Below are positions 10,172 to 20,326 of a DNA stretch of 64,000 nt, one piece after another. The notes beneath the pieces were generated by a model. The model ran no database searches. It had not been told where the DNA came from and saw only the letters and a program-made list of their open reading frames with translations. The stretch comes from Parcubacteria group bacterium. Lineage in GTDB: Bacteria; Patescibacteriota; Minisyncoccia; JACPHC01. The stretch is taken from positions 28,097 to 92,096 of the forward strand of contig JACPHC010000007.1 of NCBI GenBank assembly GCA_016188775.1, in the 5' to 3' direction. A program made the translations under genes and the position numbers. The first letter of the stretch is position 1. Each line of letters starts with the position of its first letter.

Positions 10172-10379
10172 AAAAAATTATTTCAGACGCTTTTTTCACT
10201 CTGTATAAATAAAATTGATAAAATTTTTGAAATCATTAATTTAATAATTATTGTTTATTTTCAATAAAAATTGGCGGCGTCTGTTTGAAAATATCTCCGC
10301 CAGAGGCGGACAGGCGAACGGAACTGGCTGGGCCCCGCCTGCGTTGAAACTTCGGCGGGCAGGTTGGCGAATTCCTGAA

Positions 10380-11963
10380 CTATCTTTTATAAACGGTTGG
10401 AGAATTGAAAATTAAATTTTCGCTACAGCTTATTTCCTGATGTTCTATTTTTAAAGTTTGATTGTTTTGCAACTGCATCAATATTCTTCCGGAAATCGGC
10501 TTGGCGGAGCTTACTTGTTGGTGACTGCCGCTTTGATAGCAATATATTTGGCCGTCGGCTTTGACTTCGCTCGGTTCACGATTTACAAGTCCTTTGTATT
10601 GCGGCGTGAAATCAATCGAGCCATGATTCGCGATAACTCCCGCCACTCCAATTACGCCGATAGAAGGGTCGGTGTTGTTATGCACGATACCCATAAGGAT
10701 AAGATCATTCAATGAATCCGGCTGGCCTTGAGCTTTCCAGTTGCCCTGAATAGTGCCGGCTTTGTCCTGCATCACCTCGCCGCAGCGCGGCGGAACCTCG
10801 CGGTCAAATTTTTCGTAGAGCTGTTCTTTGAGAGGTGAAGGAAAGTAATCAATCGGGCATGTTGTGTACTGGAGCCGATTATCAAACTGTTCGCCCAGAA
10901 ATCCAAGCTTGGGTATGCGAAAATCATAGACACCCCAGTCTAAGGTCGCCCCGGGGTAGTCGGGTCCGCCGGCAGTGCCAATGATTTCTCCGGGCTTTGT
11001 TATATAATCTATACGATAACTCTTTAGAACGGTTTCTTGATTTCCCTCCATGTCGCTTGCCACAAGCTCTGTGTTTTTGGCATTTTGGACGGCTTGCTTC
11101 AGGGCATCGGAAATGGTCCCCATAGCTTCGAAGTAAAAAAGAACTTCCTTGCAGGGCGTGAACCCTATTGAGTAGTATTTGTCGTCAACAATTACGCCGT
11201 TTACTTTTTTGATAGTTTGACGTACGCCAATGATATGAACTGCGCCCGGCGCTTTGATGTCGGTTAAGATGGGACGCCCCGCGCCCTCGCCCATTTGTGG
11301 CAATAGGTACTCCATGTGATCCATAGGTATCGCATGATGCGGCGTTCCAATATGGCCTAAAGGAATAAGACGGTTTACCATAGAAACATCGATTGGAGAA
11401 TCGGTGAGAAGAATATTCCCGACGCAGGACGAAAGTTTTTCCGTAACGGGTTGATTATAAGTAAAGTCATTGCCTTTTGTGCCTTGGGTCGCGGGACAAT
11501 TTGCCATTATCCAATCTTGTTCGTCTTTAGCAAGCGGCCTTGAAATCCCATTTGTAATGGCCAAGGTCTGGAGACCCTCACGCATTCGTATTTCATCGGG
11601 ACAAGAGAAAGATTTAGACGAGGCTGCGTTCATTTGCTTTGGTGACGACACATTTGATTCGTTGAGTCGAGCTCTCGTTTTCGGGCCGACAACGCCAATT
11701 TGCTCGATCCCATATTTTGCTTGTAATTTTTTTACTGCTTTTTCGGTTAACGCGCCGAAATAACCGCTCACCAGCCCTTCTGGATAAATTTCAGGCATCG
11801 TTTTTAAAACCTGCTGGAGGCGTGCGACTTCATTGCCGGAAGATCCACGCTTTAAATATGATTGGAAAACTGAACTTTCAGCGTAAACTAGCGGGATTGC
11901 CGAAAAGAATAAGAGCAGCAATAAAGTTATGCAAATGAATTTCACGCGCGTTTTATTTCTCAT
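10380..11963 (-). CDS. Secreted protein with N-terminal peptidoglycan-binding (PG_binding_1) domain
   Basis: Signal peptide; LKRGSSGNEVARLQQVL...GYFGALT...VGPKTRA. Confidence 0.7.
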   Translation of the reverse strand: MRNKTRVKFICITLLLLLFFSAIPLVYAESSVFQSYLKRGSSGNEVARLQQVLKTMPEIYPEGLVSGYFGALTEKAVKKLQAKYGIEQIGVVGPKTRARLNESNVSSPKQMNAASSKSFSCPDEIRMREGLQTLAITNGISRPLAKDEQDWIMANCPATQGTKGNDFTYNQPVTEKLSSCVGNILLTDSPIDVSMVNRLIPLGHIGTPHHAIPMDHMEYLLPQMGEGAGRPILTDIKAPGAVHIIGVRQTIKKVNGVIVDDKYYSIGFTPCKEVLFYFEAMGTISDALKQAVQNAKNTELVASDMEGNQETVLKSYRIDYITKPGEIIGTAGGPDYPGATLDWGVYDFRIPKLGFLGEQFDNRLQYTTCPIDYFPSPLKEQLYEKFDREVPPRCGEVMQDKAGTIQGNWKAQGQPDSLNDLILMGIVHNNTDPSIGVIGVAGVIANHGSIDFTPQYKGLVNREPSEVKADGQIYCYQSGSHQQVSSAKPISGRILMQLQNNQTLKIEHQEISCSENLIFNSPTVYKR

Positions 11964-12156
11964 AAAATTATTTTACTAACTCTTTTATTGAAACGCTCAA
12001 TGCTTTGACAATATTATCGAGCCAATGACTTCGTTTTCCAACTGGCGGGACATTCGGGCTAAGTACCCGTGATATACAAGCAGTATAAGGCTTTTTTGAG
12101 CTCTTTTCCAAAACGTGATTTGATGGGGTTCAGTCGTGGTCGAAAACGAAAACTGC

Positions 12157-13665
12157 TTACGGAACTTTAACGAATTGAGGAAGCGTAGCATTGTCTGAAA
12201 TTTTTAAATTTTCTCCGGTAAGCGGATCTAACATCCAAAGCTGGGGAAAAGATGGATCGAGTTTTTCTCCCTTCACGAAATCGCGAGGCGCTACGCGGTA
12301 ATAGAACTTACCGCCATAACTTGAGGCAATCCCCCAAATAAACTGTTCCTCAAGAGGAATTTTAAGACCGCCAATTTTATATTCTTGCAATGTTCTCTTT
12401 GAAGTATCAATTACTGTCAGCCAACTTTGTTGTTTTTCATGTTGTACGTCCTTAATTCTATGAATAGCAAGAAAGCGGCCGTCCTTTGACCAGACAAACT
12501 CGCCAAATAAGCCGGAATATATACCACCCTTAACTTCAAAAAGGAAATTGCCGTCATCATCAAAAAACAATGCTTTCGGGGTTATATAATTTTCGCTTGC
12601 CAAACAACAGCCGCCGTTTACCACAAGTTTTTTGCCATCCGGAGACCACGCTGAAGCAGAAAAGTATTCCGCGCCATTGGCGAGCGACATGGTAAGAATA
12701 GTTTTTACTTGAGTTCCATCCATGCTTGCAAGCCTCACCGCGGCGTTCGCCGTGTACGCAAATTGCTTGCCATCGGGCGAGAAAATTGGCGGGGGCATTA
12801 ATCCCTTCGGAATCCGAGAGAAATCTCCATACGAATCAAATTTCTTAATAGTGTTTTTAACAATATCGAGCTCCCAGAAGAGAATAGTTTGTGTACGCAT
12901 TTGAGAATCTTCGGTCAGCGTACGCAGCAGCGCCTTTTTACCGTCCGGGTACCACGCTTCAAAATCAGCCTTCTCAAAACCCTCGGGAGTTTTTAATTTA
13001 AATAGAGCGGTGCCGTCGGTTTTGACAATATAGAGAGCGGTGGCAATGTCGGTCACCTGCGCTCTCAAGACAGGATCGTATCCTAGCGGTTTTTCTTTCT
13101 CGATGTTTTCAAAAACGATATATTCTCCATCAGGAGAAATGCTATAAATACCCGTAGCTTTCGCTCTGCTGGTTATTTTTTCCTGGGGCCTGAAGGCAAG
13201 ATCTCCCCTCCAGATCTCCCCTTCATTAATGTAGAAAACGCTTGTCGCATTATCTAGAACAGCGAAATCCGCGCTTAGAATGGCCGGCTCCGGAACATTT
13301 AAACGTTTTTTCCGAACCTCATCAAAATAAATGAGGGATTGCCCAGCATTCACGTCTCTGATTCCCACGCCGTAGTAGAAAAGCGGGAATTTTGTTTCGG
13401 AAGGATATTCTTCGAGGAAGGTCAAAGTTGTTGCGGCGCCTGTTTCTCTCTTGAGTTCGCTTCGCTCAATCACTCCCTCGAAGGATCGCCCGGGGGCGCT
13501 AGATTGCCACGTCAACCTCGGCAGTATGAGAAACTTTATCATCATAAAAAGAAGAAATAAAATCGCGGCAATGACGAGCATTGCGACGAGTAATCCGATC
13601 AACCATCTCTTTTTACGACGTTTCCGGTCGTCCCCCTTTTGATTGGGAAACTCGTTTTTCTGCAT
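12157..13665 (-). CDS. Membrane-anchored TolB-like beta-propeller protein
   Basis: N-terminal TM; repeats SPDGE, WYPDGK, FSPDGK, WSPDGK, WSKDGR. Confidence 0.75.
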   Translation of the reverse strand: MQKNEFPNQKGDDRKRRKKRWLIGLLVAMLVIAAILFLLFMMIKFLILPRLTWQSSAPGRSFEGVIERSELKRETGAATTLTFLEEYPSETKFPLFYYGVGIRDVNAGQSLIYFDEVRKKRLNVPEPAILSADFAVLDNATSVFYINEGEIWRGDLAFRPQEKITSRAKATGIYSISPDGEYIVFENIEKEKPLGYDPVLRAQVTDIATALYIVKTDGTALFKLKTPEGFEKADFEAWYPDGKKALLRTLTEDSQMRTQTILFWELDIVKNTIKKFDSYGDFSRIPKGLMPPPIFSPDGKQFAYTANAAVRLASMDGTQVKTILTMSLANGAEYFSASAWSPDGKKLVVNGGCCLASENYITPKALFFDDDGNFLFEVKGGIYSGLFGEFVWSKDGRFLAIHRIKDVQHEKQQSWLTVIDTSKRTLQEYKIGGLKIPLEEQFIWGIASSYGGKFYYRVAPRDFVKGEKLDPSFPQLWMLDPLTGENLKISDNATLPQFVKVP

Positions 13666-13692
13666 ATGTTAAATAATATCTCGAATCGAAAA

Positions 13693-13850
13693 AGTCAGAC
13701 ACCCCCGCCAAAGGCGGTGGCTTGATGAGTAGAATCGTCTCAAAGACGATCGGCCACGCTTGACGCTAGTGGTTAATGTTTAGAAGGAACCCTCACGGCT
13801 CTCCTCTTGATTTTCAATATACTCCCGAACCTGTTCGACTTCAAATTCGG
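13693..13850 (-). mobile_element. IS200/IS605 right-end relic with TnpA C-terminal fragment
   Basis: Minus strand encodes EFEVEQVREYIENQEESREGSF* (YIxNQ catalytic Tyr helix), then hairpin AAGCCACCGCCTTTGGCGGGGGTG and TGAC end. Confidence 0.7.
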
Positions 13851-13860
13851 AACGACTTCG

Positions 13861-14208
13861 CGCTACCTATGCTATGGCTGCGCGCGAAGCAAAAACCTGC
13901 ACTGTAAGAATGGCTATATAAGGGAAGAGGAATTGATAGACTAACTGGTCAAAGTAATGGATAAAATCGATATCAATGAAATAGGCATGCGGCGCAAATT
14001 CGAAGAAGAAGTATCACGGTTCATGAAATTCCAAAAGAGCTTTTTCACGGGCGCGAAGAAGTTGAAGCCGGAGAAGAATATAGACTTGCGGAGCTACGCG
14101 AAGTACCTGTTACGAGAAGGCAGTGTGATCGAGAAACGCGAATTGCTATCGTGCATCAAAAATAAACTCATCCTAACGCAGAAAGCTCTGACGATAGAGA
14201 AAAAGTAG
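13861..14208 (+). pseudogene. Large serine recombinase C-terminal relic
   Basis: YGCARSKNLHCKNGYIREEEL zinc-ribbon end, in-frame TAA at 13942, coiled-coil tail; adjacent to a tRNA 3' end. Confidence 0.65.
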
Positions 14209-14315
14209 AAAAAAATAATACAGCAGAAAAATCTGCTGTATTATTTTGTTTTCGCGTTGAGCGTTCCGGTCTCACTAACGCCATCAGCGAGTCGGTTCTC
14301 GATAGCGAAAATCGT

Positions 14316-14407
14316 TGGCGGTGGGCAGAGGATTCGAACCTCTGTGGGATTTTTTAGATCCCGACGGTTTAGCAAACCGTTGCCTTAAGCCACTCGGCCA
14401 GCCCACC
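14316..14407 (-). tRNA. tRNA-Ser(GCT)
   Basis: GGTGGGC...GCCCACCGCCA, loop TTGCTAA, long variable arm. Confidence 0.95.
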
Positions 14408-14464
14408 TTTATTTACCCATCATGTTTCAATTTACCCGATTTTTTATTTTTTGGCAATCGTAAA

Positions 14465-14498
14465 ATCTATGGGAGTTCAACTCCCATAGATTTTTTTT
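14465..14498. terminator. Intrinsic terminator after comF
   Basis: AAAATCTATGGGAG-ttcaa-CTCCCATAGATTTT hairpin. Confidence 0.65.
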
Positions 14499-15207
14499 AT
14501 CGGGCAACAACGATTGCCCAGATTTGTTTGGCTCCGGCGGCTTTTAAAATAATAGCGCATTCTTCCAAAGTCGCGCCGATGGTGGAAATATCATCAACCA
14601 AAATTACGATTTTATTTTTGATTATCTCCGGTTTTTTGACAACAAAGGCGTTTTTGATATTTTCTTTTCGTTCTTCAATATTTTTGATTTCCGCTTGCGG
14701 GATGGTATTTTTAAAACGGATTAAAACTTCCGTCTCTAAAGGCAGACGAAAATTATGGGCGATAATTTTTGCCAAGAGCTCGCTTTGATTAAATCCGCGC
14801 CAGCTGTATCTTTGTTTTGAAAGAGGGACGGGGATAATTAAAAATTTTTCCGGCTCTAAATTTTTTGGAAAATAGTTTTTCAGAAAATTTACAAGAAGAT
14901 TGCCAAGCGGTTCGGATAAATCCTTAATAAAATTATATTTAAATTTTCGGATCGCTTTTTTGATAAATTCGTTTTCATAATGATAGCCGGCGAAAAATCT
15001 TCTTATTTTTGTTTTTCGCGAGCAATTTCGGCAGATTTTTCCCTCCGGCGATCTTTTTTGACAGACAAAACAATTAGGAGCGTTGGTCGGAATTTTGGCC
15101 GCGCAGTTTAAACAAAAATAGTTTCCCTCTCGGCCGCAAAAAATACAGGCTGCCGGGAAAAGCAGGTCAAGAATAAATTGATATGTGGATAAAATAGTTT
15201 CGCGCAC
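14497..15207 (-). CDS. comF: ComF family competence protein
   Basis: Double zinc ribbon, RGFNQ, LVDDISTIGAT PRTase motif. Confidence 0.92.
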   Translation of the reverse strand: MRETILSTYQFILDLLFPAACIFCGREGNYFCLNCAAKIPTNAPNCFVCQKRSPEGKICRNCSRKTKIRRFFAGYHYENEFIKKAIRKFKYNFIKDLSEPLGNLLVNFLKNYFPKNLEPEKFLIIPVPLSKQRYSWRGFNQSELLAKIIAHNFRLPLETEVLIRFKNTIPQAEIKNIEERKENIKNAFVVKKPEIIKNKIVILVDDISTIGATLEECAIILKAAGAKQIWAIVVAR

Positions 15208-15273
15208 TTTTTATTTATGGTATAATTAAAATAAGCGTTTCGCGCATTTTAAAAAAACGCTGTTTTAAAGTCA

Positions 15274-16347
15274 ATGTTTTTATTCGGCGGAAAAAAAAGT
15301 TTTTTAGGCATTGATATTGGCACGACTTCCATCAAGATGGTAGAATTGGAAAAAGATCGAGTTGCCCGTCTCGTTACTTATGGCGAATTGGTTTTCAGGG
15401 AAAGCGATTCGATCAAATTGCTTGAGTCGGAAATGGCCGATTTTGTCAGGAAAATTTTGAAAGAATCCGGAGCGGCCAGCAAATCAGCCGTGATGTCTAT
15501 TCCTCTTTTTTCGAGTTTTTTAACAGTCGTTGAATTGCCGGCCATGAGCCAAGCCGAATTGGTTAAAGCCATTCCTTTTGAAGCCAAGGAATTTATTCCT
15601 GTCCCGATTGACGATGTCGTTTTGGATTGGCAGATAATCAGGGAGAAATTTTTGCCCAATCCCCGCGGTCCAAAATTCGAGCCGGTTAAAAAAATCGATG
15701 TTCTTTTAATAGTCGTGCCCAAAGAAACTATTTCTCGATATACTCGGATTGCCGAAGAAGCCGGCCTTTCATTGCTGGCATTGGAAGTCGAGCCGTTAAG
15801 TTTGGGCCGTTTGATTAAATTGATTCGGGCCGATGAAAAAGATCCGGGACTGTCTCTTGTTTTGGATATGGGCGAGCGGTATACTAATATCAGTATCATT
15901 GATAAAGGATTGCCGGTTTTGACTCACAGTATCGAGATCGCCGGCAGGGAGCTGACTAAAGCCTTGGTTCAGTCGGTTGGCATTAGCTGGGAAAGAGCGG
16001 AAGAAATCAAGCGCGAGCAGGGCTTGTCCGGCCAAGGAGGGGAGGCGCCGCTTTCCGATCTTTTAATTACGATTACGGATCGTTTAATTGCCGAACTGGA
16101 GCGCGTTATTTCCGATTTTAAACAAAAAAATGAAAAGAAAATCGATAAAATATTTGTTGCCGGCGGATCAGCCGCTCTTCCCGGCTTATCGGATTATTTG
16201 AATAAAAAATTTTCCCTGGCAGTCGTCGCTTTAAATCCTTTTTCAAAAATTGACCACCCAACGGTTTTGGATTCGGCGCTTGATAAATACGGATCGACTT
16301 TAAGCATTGCCTCGGGCCTGGCTTTAAGGCAAATCATCGAATCTTAA
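15274..16347 (+). CDS. pilM: Type IV pilus assembly protein PilM
   Basis: GIDIGTTSIK, LDMG, AGGSA actin-like fold. Confidence 0.92.
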   Translation: MFLFGGKKSFLGIDIGTTSIKMVELEKDRVARLVTYGELVFRESDSIKLLESEMADFVRKILKESGAASKSAVMSIPLFSSFLTVVELPAMSQAELVKAIPFEAKEFIPVPIDDVVLDWQIIREKFLPNPRGPKFEPVKKIDVLLIVVPKETISRYTRIAEEAGLSLLALEVEPLSLGRLIKLIRADEKDPGLSLVLDMGERYTNISIIDKGLPVLTHSIEIAGRELTKALVQSVGISWERAEEIKREQGLSGQGGEAPLSDLLITITDRLIAELERVISDFKQKNEKKIDKIFVAGGSAALPGLSDYLNKKFSLAVVALNPFSKIDHPTVLDSALDKYGSTLSIASGLALRQIIES

Positions 16348-16370
16348 TTATTTTCATTTTTTTTTGAAAT

Positions 16371-16913
16371 ATGGCTATAGATTTATTAAAAAAAACAGAA
16401 GAAGGGTCGGGAGTTTTGCGTTTACGCAGGGTTCCGTCGACTTTGTCCACTTTTTTAGTCAGTCTCGTGACTTTAGTTATTATCAGCTTCGTCGGTCTTT
16501 TAGGTTTTAATTTTATTTTTGATCTTAAAGTTAAAAGTCTTGAGAAGGATATCAGCGAGACTCAAGTTCCGCTAACGGAGGTGGAGAGAATCAATGAGGT
16601 GAAAAATCGTTTGGCCAGTCTTGATTTTTTAATTTCCAATCATCGCCATCCGACTAAATTTTTTAAGTTTATTCAAAAGAATGCCGAGCCTAAAATCAGA
16701 TTTATCACTGTTAACGTTTCCGAGAACGCGTTGATTCTTTCCGGCGAGGCGGAAAATTATTCAGCGCTGGCCAAACAACTTGTTGTTTTTGAAAATAGGG
16801 AAATAAGTCAAGGAGTAAAATCGGTCGAACTCATAAGCCAAGGCTTAGGCGCTCAAGGAAGAATCAATTTCAATTTCCGCCTGGAATTGGAAAAAATTTT
16901 TTTTATTGAATAA
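16371..16913 (+). CDS. pilN: PilN-like protein
   Basis: TM, coiled coil, LSGEA ferredoxin-like fold; synteny. Confidence 0.7.
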   Translation: MAIDLLKKTEEGSGVLRLRRVPSTLSTFLVSLVTLVIISFVGLLGFNFIFDLKVKSLEKDISETQVPLTEVERINEVKNRLASLDFLISNHRHPTKFFKFIQKNAEPKIRFITVNVSENALILSGEAENYSALAKQLVVFENREISQGVKSVELISQGLGAQGRINFNFRLELEKIFFIE

Positions 16914-16918
16914 AAATT

Positions 16919-17467
16919 ATGTTTTTAAGAAATTTTATCATTACGATTTTGAGTCTGGCTATTATCATTGGCGGTCCGGTTTTTTTATTGAAACCGCAAT
17001 CGGAAAAAGCTTATGAGCTTTGGGTTAGAAATCGGGTTTCGACCGAAGAGTTGAAATTGAAAAGACAAATACAAAATCAAAGCCAGGAATTATCCGGAGC
17101 GCTGGATCAGCACAAAGATGAAATAGAAAACCGGCTTAAAATCGCGATTCCGAAAACTCTTGATAAAGCGAGTTTATTGCCTCAATTTGAAACTTTGGCC
17201 GCCAGTAACGGTTTAAATCTCGGATCAGTCGGTTTTGGCAAAGAAGAAACGATTAACGCTTCAATGGGCCTTAAAGCAACGAGTATTGATTTGACAGTAT
17301 CGGGCAATTTGCCTTCTTTTAGGAAATTCTTGGAAAGCCTTGAACAAAATCTTCGGATTTTTGATGTTAATAATTTCAGTTTTACCGCGCCGGCCAAAAC
17401 CGAAGATTTAATGTCGTTCAATTTAAAAATGTCGGTTTATTTTCAAGGCCGTCCATTAATAAAATAA
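16919..17467 (+). CDS. pilO: PilO-like protein
   Basis: TM, coiled coil, VSG..F.KFL..LE..LR motif. Confidence 0.8.
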   Translation: MFLRNFIITILSLAIIIGGPVFLLKPQSEKAYELWVRNRVSTEELKLKRQIQNQSQELSGALDQHKDEIENRLKIAIPKTLDKASLLPQFETLAASNGLNLGSVGFGKEETINASMGLKATSIDLTVSGNLPSFRKFLESLEQNLRIFDVNNFSFTAPAKTEDLMSFNLKMSVYFQGRPLIK

Positions 17468-17469
17468 AA

Positions 17470-17769
17470 ATGGCTATCATTCCCACAACTTTAAAACAGC
17501 CTTTGATTAAAAGAGAACAATTATTATTCGTTCTTTTGGGCCTTTTTATCGGCGCCGGCGTTTTGGCTCTTTACATTGGCATTTCAATTTCTAAAAAAGG
17601 CGGCGAATTTCTCCGTTTCAGAACCGAAATTCCCCTTGAGGAATTAAAAATTGATTTTTTAATTCTTGAAAATAAAAAATTTAAAGATTTGAAACTTCCG
17701 ATTAATCTCCCGATAAAACCGGAAGGAGGAGGAAGAACGAATCTAGACGATCCATTTTTACCATTTTAA
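17470..17769 (+). CDS. Small TM protein in the PilP position
   Basis: TM and C-terminal GR..DPF motif; synteny. Confidence 0.5.
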   Translation: MAIIPTTLKQPLIKREQLLFVLLGLFIGAGVLALYIGISISKKGGEFLRFRTEIPLEELKIDFLILENKKFKDLKLPINLPIKPEGGGRTNLDDPFLPF

Positions 17770-17770
17770 A

Positions 17771-19516
17771 TTGGCAAAAGAAAAAACATTTTTTGATATT
17801 TTAGAGTCCAAAGGTCTTTTAAAAAGAACCGAGATTGATTTTATCGCCAAAGAAGCGAAAGATAAAAATATTGACCCGGAAGAACTGCTGATTGATAAAT
17901 ATCGTTTTTCAGCCATTGAAATCGCTAAAGCCAAAAGCGAGCTTACCGGCGCTCCCTTTAAAGTCATTCGAGCCGAAATTCCATTTGATGTTTTGCAATT
18001 GATTTCGGAAGAAGCGGCTCGGCGTTATCGTTTTATCCCTTTGGCGAAAACGGATAATATTCTTGAAGTCGGCATGATTAATCCCGAAGACGTCAAAGCC
18101 CAAGAAGCGCTCAAATTTATAATTTTAAGAAGCGGTTTGACCCCCAAAATTTATATTGTCAGCCGTTCCGATTTTGAAGATGTTTTGAAACAATATCGCG
18201 GTTTAAAAGGCGAGGTCAAAAAAGCCCTGAAAGAATACACCAAAGAAGCGGCCGAGGAAGAAATAATTTTGCCAAAATCTCCCTTGATTGAGAATTTAGA
18301 AAGAATGGCGGTTGAGGCGCCGATAACGAAAATAGTCTCGGTTATTTTAAGGCACGCGGTTGAAGGCAACGCTTCCGATGTTCACGTTGAGCCGACCGAT
18401 AAACAGCTTCGGGTGCGTTTTCGGGTGGACGGCATTCTTTATACCAGTCTTTTGCTGCCGGTGGAAATTCATTCGGCCGTTGTTTCCCGCATCAAAATTC
18501 TTTCTAATCTTCAGATAGACGAGACGCGCAAACCTCAAGACGGCCGTTTTCACACCGTTGTTGAAGATAAAGAGGTTGATTTTCGGGTTTCCACTTTTCC
18601 CACCAGTTTCGGCGAAAAAGTGGCGATGAGAATTTTGGATCCAACCGTCGGTCTTAAGAGTTTCAGCGACCTCGGCCTTCTCGGACGCAATGCCGAGGTT
18701 TTGTTTGAAGGATTGAAGCGGCCGTTCGGCTTGATTCTTTTGACCGGGCCGACCGGTTCGGGAAAATCCACCACCCTTTACGCGATTTTACAGTTTTTAA
18801 ACAAAGAGACGGTTAACATTGTCAGTCTTGAAGATCCGATTGAGTATTTTTTGGCCGGAGTCAATCAATCTCAAATTAAACCCGAGATCGGCTACGATTT
18901 CGCCACCGGGTTAAGGCATATTTTAAGAGGCGATCCGGATGTTATAATGGTGGGGGAAATCCGCGATCGGGAAACGGCCGCTTTGGCGGTTCACGCCGCC
19001 TTGACCGGCCATCTCGTTCTTTCCACTCTTCACACCAATGACGCTTTCGGCGTCATTCCCCGGCTGATTGATTTGGGCGTTGAGCCTTTTTTAATACCCT
19101 CGACATTAACCATTGCCATGGCTCAAAGATTGATTCGACGGCTTTGTCCGGAGTCAAGGCAGGAGACTGAGGTTGACCCGGAAAAATCCTTGATGATTGA
19201 AAAAACTTTAGCCGATTTACCCAAAGAAATTAAAGAGAGCGTTAAAATTAAAAAAGGCGCCAAAGTTTATCGGCCATTGGTTTCGCCAACGTGCCCGAAA
19301 GGCACGAGAGGCCGAATTGGCATTTACGAGGTTTTGCGAATGACGCCGGGGTTGGAAAAAATTATTTTGGAAGAACCGTCGGAAGCTCGGCTGAAAGAAG
19401 AAGCTAAAAAACAAGGGATGGTTTCAATGTACGCCGACGGCCTTTTAAAAGCGCTGGAGGGCGTTATCAGTTTTGAAGAACTGCAACAGACTGCCCAAAC
19501 GCCGGATGCCGAATAA
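17771..19516 (+). CDS. pilB: Type IV pilus extension ATPase PilB
   Basis: ASDVHVEP, PQDGR, GPTGSGKST, GEIRD, LHTN. Confidence 0.93.
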   Translation: MAKEKTFFDILESKGLLKRTEIDFIAKEAKDKNIDPEELLIDKYRFSAIEIAKAKSELTGAPFKVIRAEIPFDVLQLISEEAARRYRFIPLAKTDNILEVGMINPEDVKAQEALKFIILRSGLTPKIYIVSRSDFEDVLKQYRGLKGEVKKALKEYTKEAAEEEIILPKSPLIENLERMAVEAPITKIVSVILRHAVEGNASDVHVEPTDKQLRVRFRVDGILYTSLLLPVEIHSAVVSRIKILSNLQIDETRKPQDGRFHTVVEDKEVDFRVSTFPTSFGEKVAMRILDPTVGLKSFSDLGLLGRNAEVLFEGLKRPFGLILLTGPTGSGKSTTLYAILQFLNKETVNIVSLEDPIEYFLAGVNQSQIKPEIGYDFATGLRHILRGDPDVIMVGEIRDRETAALAVHAALTGHLVLSTLHTNDAFGVIPRLIDLGVEPFLIPSTLTIAMAQRLIRRLCPESRQETEVDPEKSLMIEKTLADLPKEIKESVKIKKGAKVYRPLVSPTCPKGTRGRIGIYEVLRMTPGLEKIILEEPSEARLKEEAKKQGMVSMYADGLLKALEGVISFEELQQTAQTPDAE

Positions 19517-19695
19517 AGCATCCGCGCCGCAAGCGGCGCGGAATTGTGATAATGCTTTGTTATGAAAAGTTCTCGCTCGGCCCTGCCTGCCGGCAAGGCA
19601 GGCCGACCAACTCGCCTCGCTCGATTTAAACTCGTTTCGCTCGTTGCCTTCATCCCCGCGACAAGTCGCGTGGTATTCGGCGAATACATAATAAA
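19512..19695 (+). mobile_element. AATAAA-core miniature element, full copy with nested CCTGCCTGCCGGCAAGGCAGG repeat
   Basis: AATAAA at both ends; colinear with the reverse copy at 57917-58083. Confidence 0.85.
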
Positions 19696-19742
19696 CGCGA
19701 TAACGATCATGTTTCTTTTAAAAAAACAAAATAAAGGGTTTA

Positions 19743-19885
19743 CCCCGTAAGACAACTTTGAATGCTGTCATTAAATTTTTTGATTAATGACAGTTTCAGG
19801 GCAAGATTATATAAATATGTTTGAATCTTTTAAAAAATCATCAATAATGACAGTAAAAAATTTTTTTCAAAGTTGCTCTACGGGG
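19743..19885. mobile_element. CCCCGT..ACGGGG TIR miniature element in a prepilin leader
   Basis: About 20-bp imperfect TIR CCCCGTAAGACAACTTTGAA / TTCAAAGTTGCTCTACGGGG; TTTA duplicated. Confidence 0.85.
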
Positions 19886-20293
19886 TTTACTTTGATTGAA
19901 CTTTTGGTGGTAATCGCCATTATCGCTCTTTTAGCCGGCACGGTCCTTTATCTTTTGAGCCAATATCGAGCGCGCTTGCGCGATTCCCAGAGAATCGCCG
20001 CGGTTCGCGATATGGAAAAAGCTCTGGCTATTTATTATAATGGTAATTCTCTTTACCCGGCCGGCGGCTCTTGCGACACTACCGGTTGCGTTGTTGAACC
20101 TGGTAATATTATACTGGAAGGAACATTGGTGAGCCAATTTTTACTTTCCAGATTACCTAAAGACCCGTTCAACGCGACTCCTTATCAACTGATTTATTTT
20201 TCCAGCAGCAACGGCGCCAATTATGTTTTAAATTATTATCTTGAAACCACGTCAGGGGCAGGCAACGCGGGCTTAAACAGCATTCATCCGTAA
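19787..20293 (+). CDS. Type IV pilin / GspG-like pseudopilin (current leader derived from the element; original start 19709)
   Basis: GFTLIELLVVIAII, RD..R, YP, LPKDP motifs; exact start uncertain. Confidence 0.9.
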   Translation: MTVSGQDYINMFESFKKSSIMTVKNFFQSCSTGFTLIELLVVIAIIALLAGTVLYLLSQYRARLRDSQRIAAVRDMEKALAIYYNGNSLYPAGGSCDTTGCVVEPGNIILEGTLVSQFLLSRLPKDPFNATPYQLIYFSSSNGANYVLNYYLETTSGAGNAGLNSIHP

Positions 20294-20326
20294 ATTTTAA
20301 ATTTATTAAAAATTTCACTACCGAGT

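Noticed and set aside
11997-12191. 64-aa minus-strand ORF
   Set aside because: Overlaps the upstream gene, has no recognisable motif and no clear start.
13693-13790. IscB/TnpB omega-RNA (HEARO-like)
   Set aside because: The hairpin is explained as the IS200 end after a TnpA fragment; no RuvC or HNH ORF nearby.
14315-14788. 157-aa plus-strand ORF
   Set aside because: Antisense to tRNA-Ser(GCT) and comF.
19562-19750. 62-aa ORF ending KGFTP
   Set aside because: Made of repeat DNA plus the orphaned original pilin leader.
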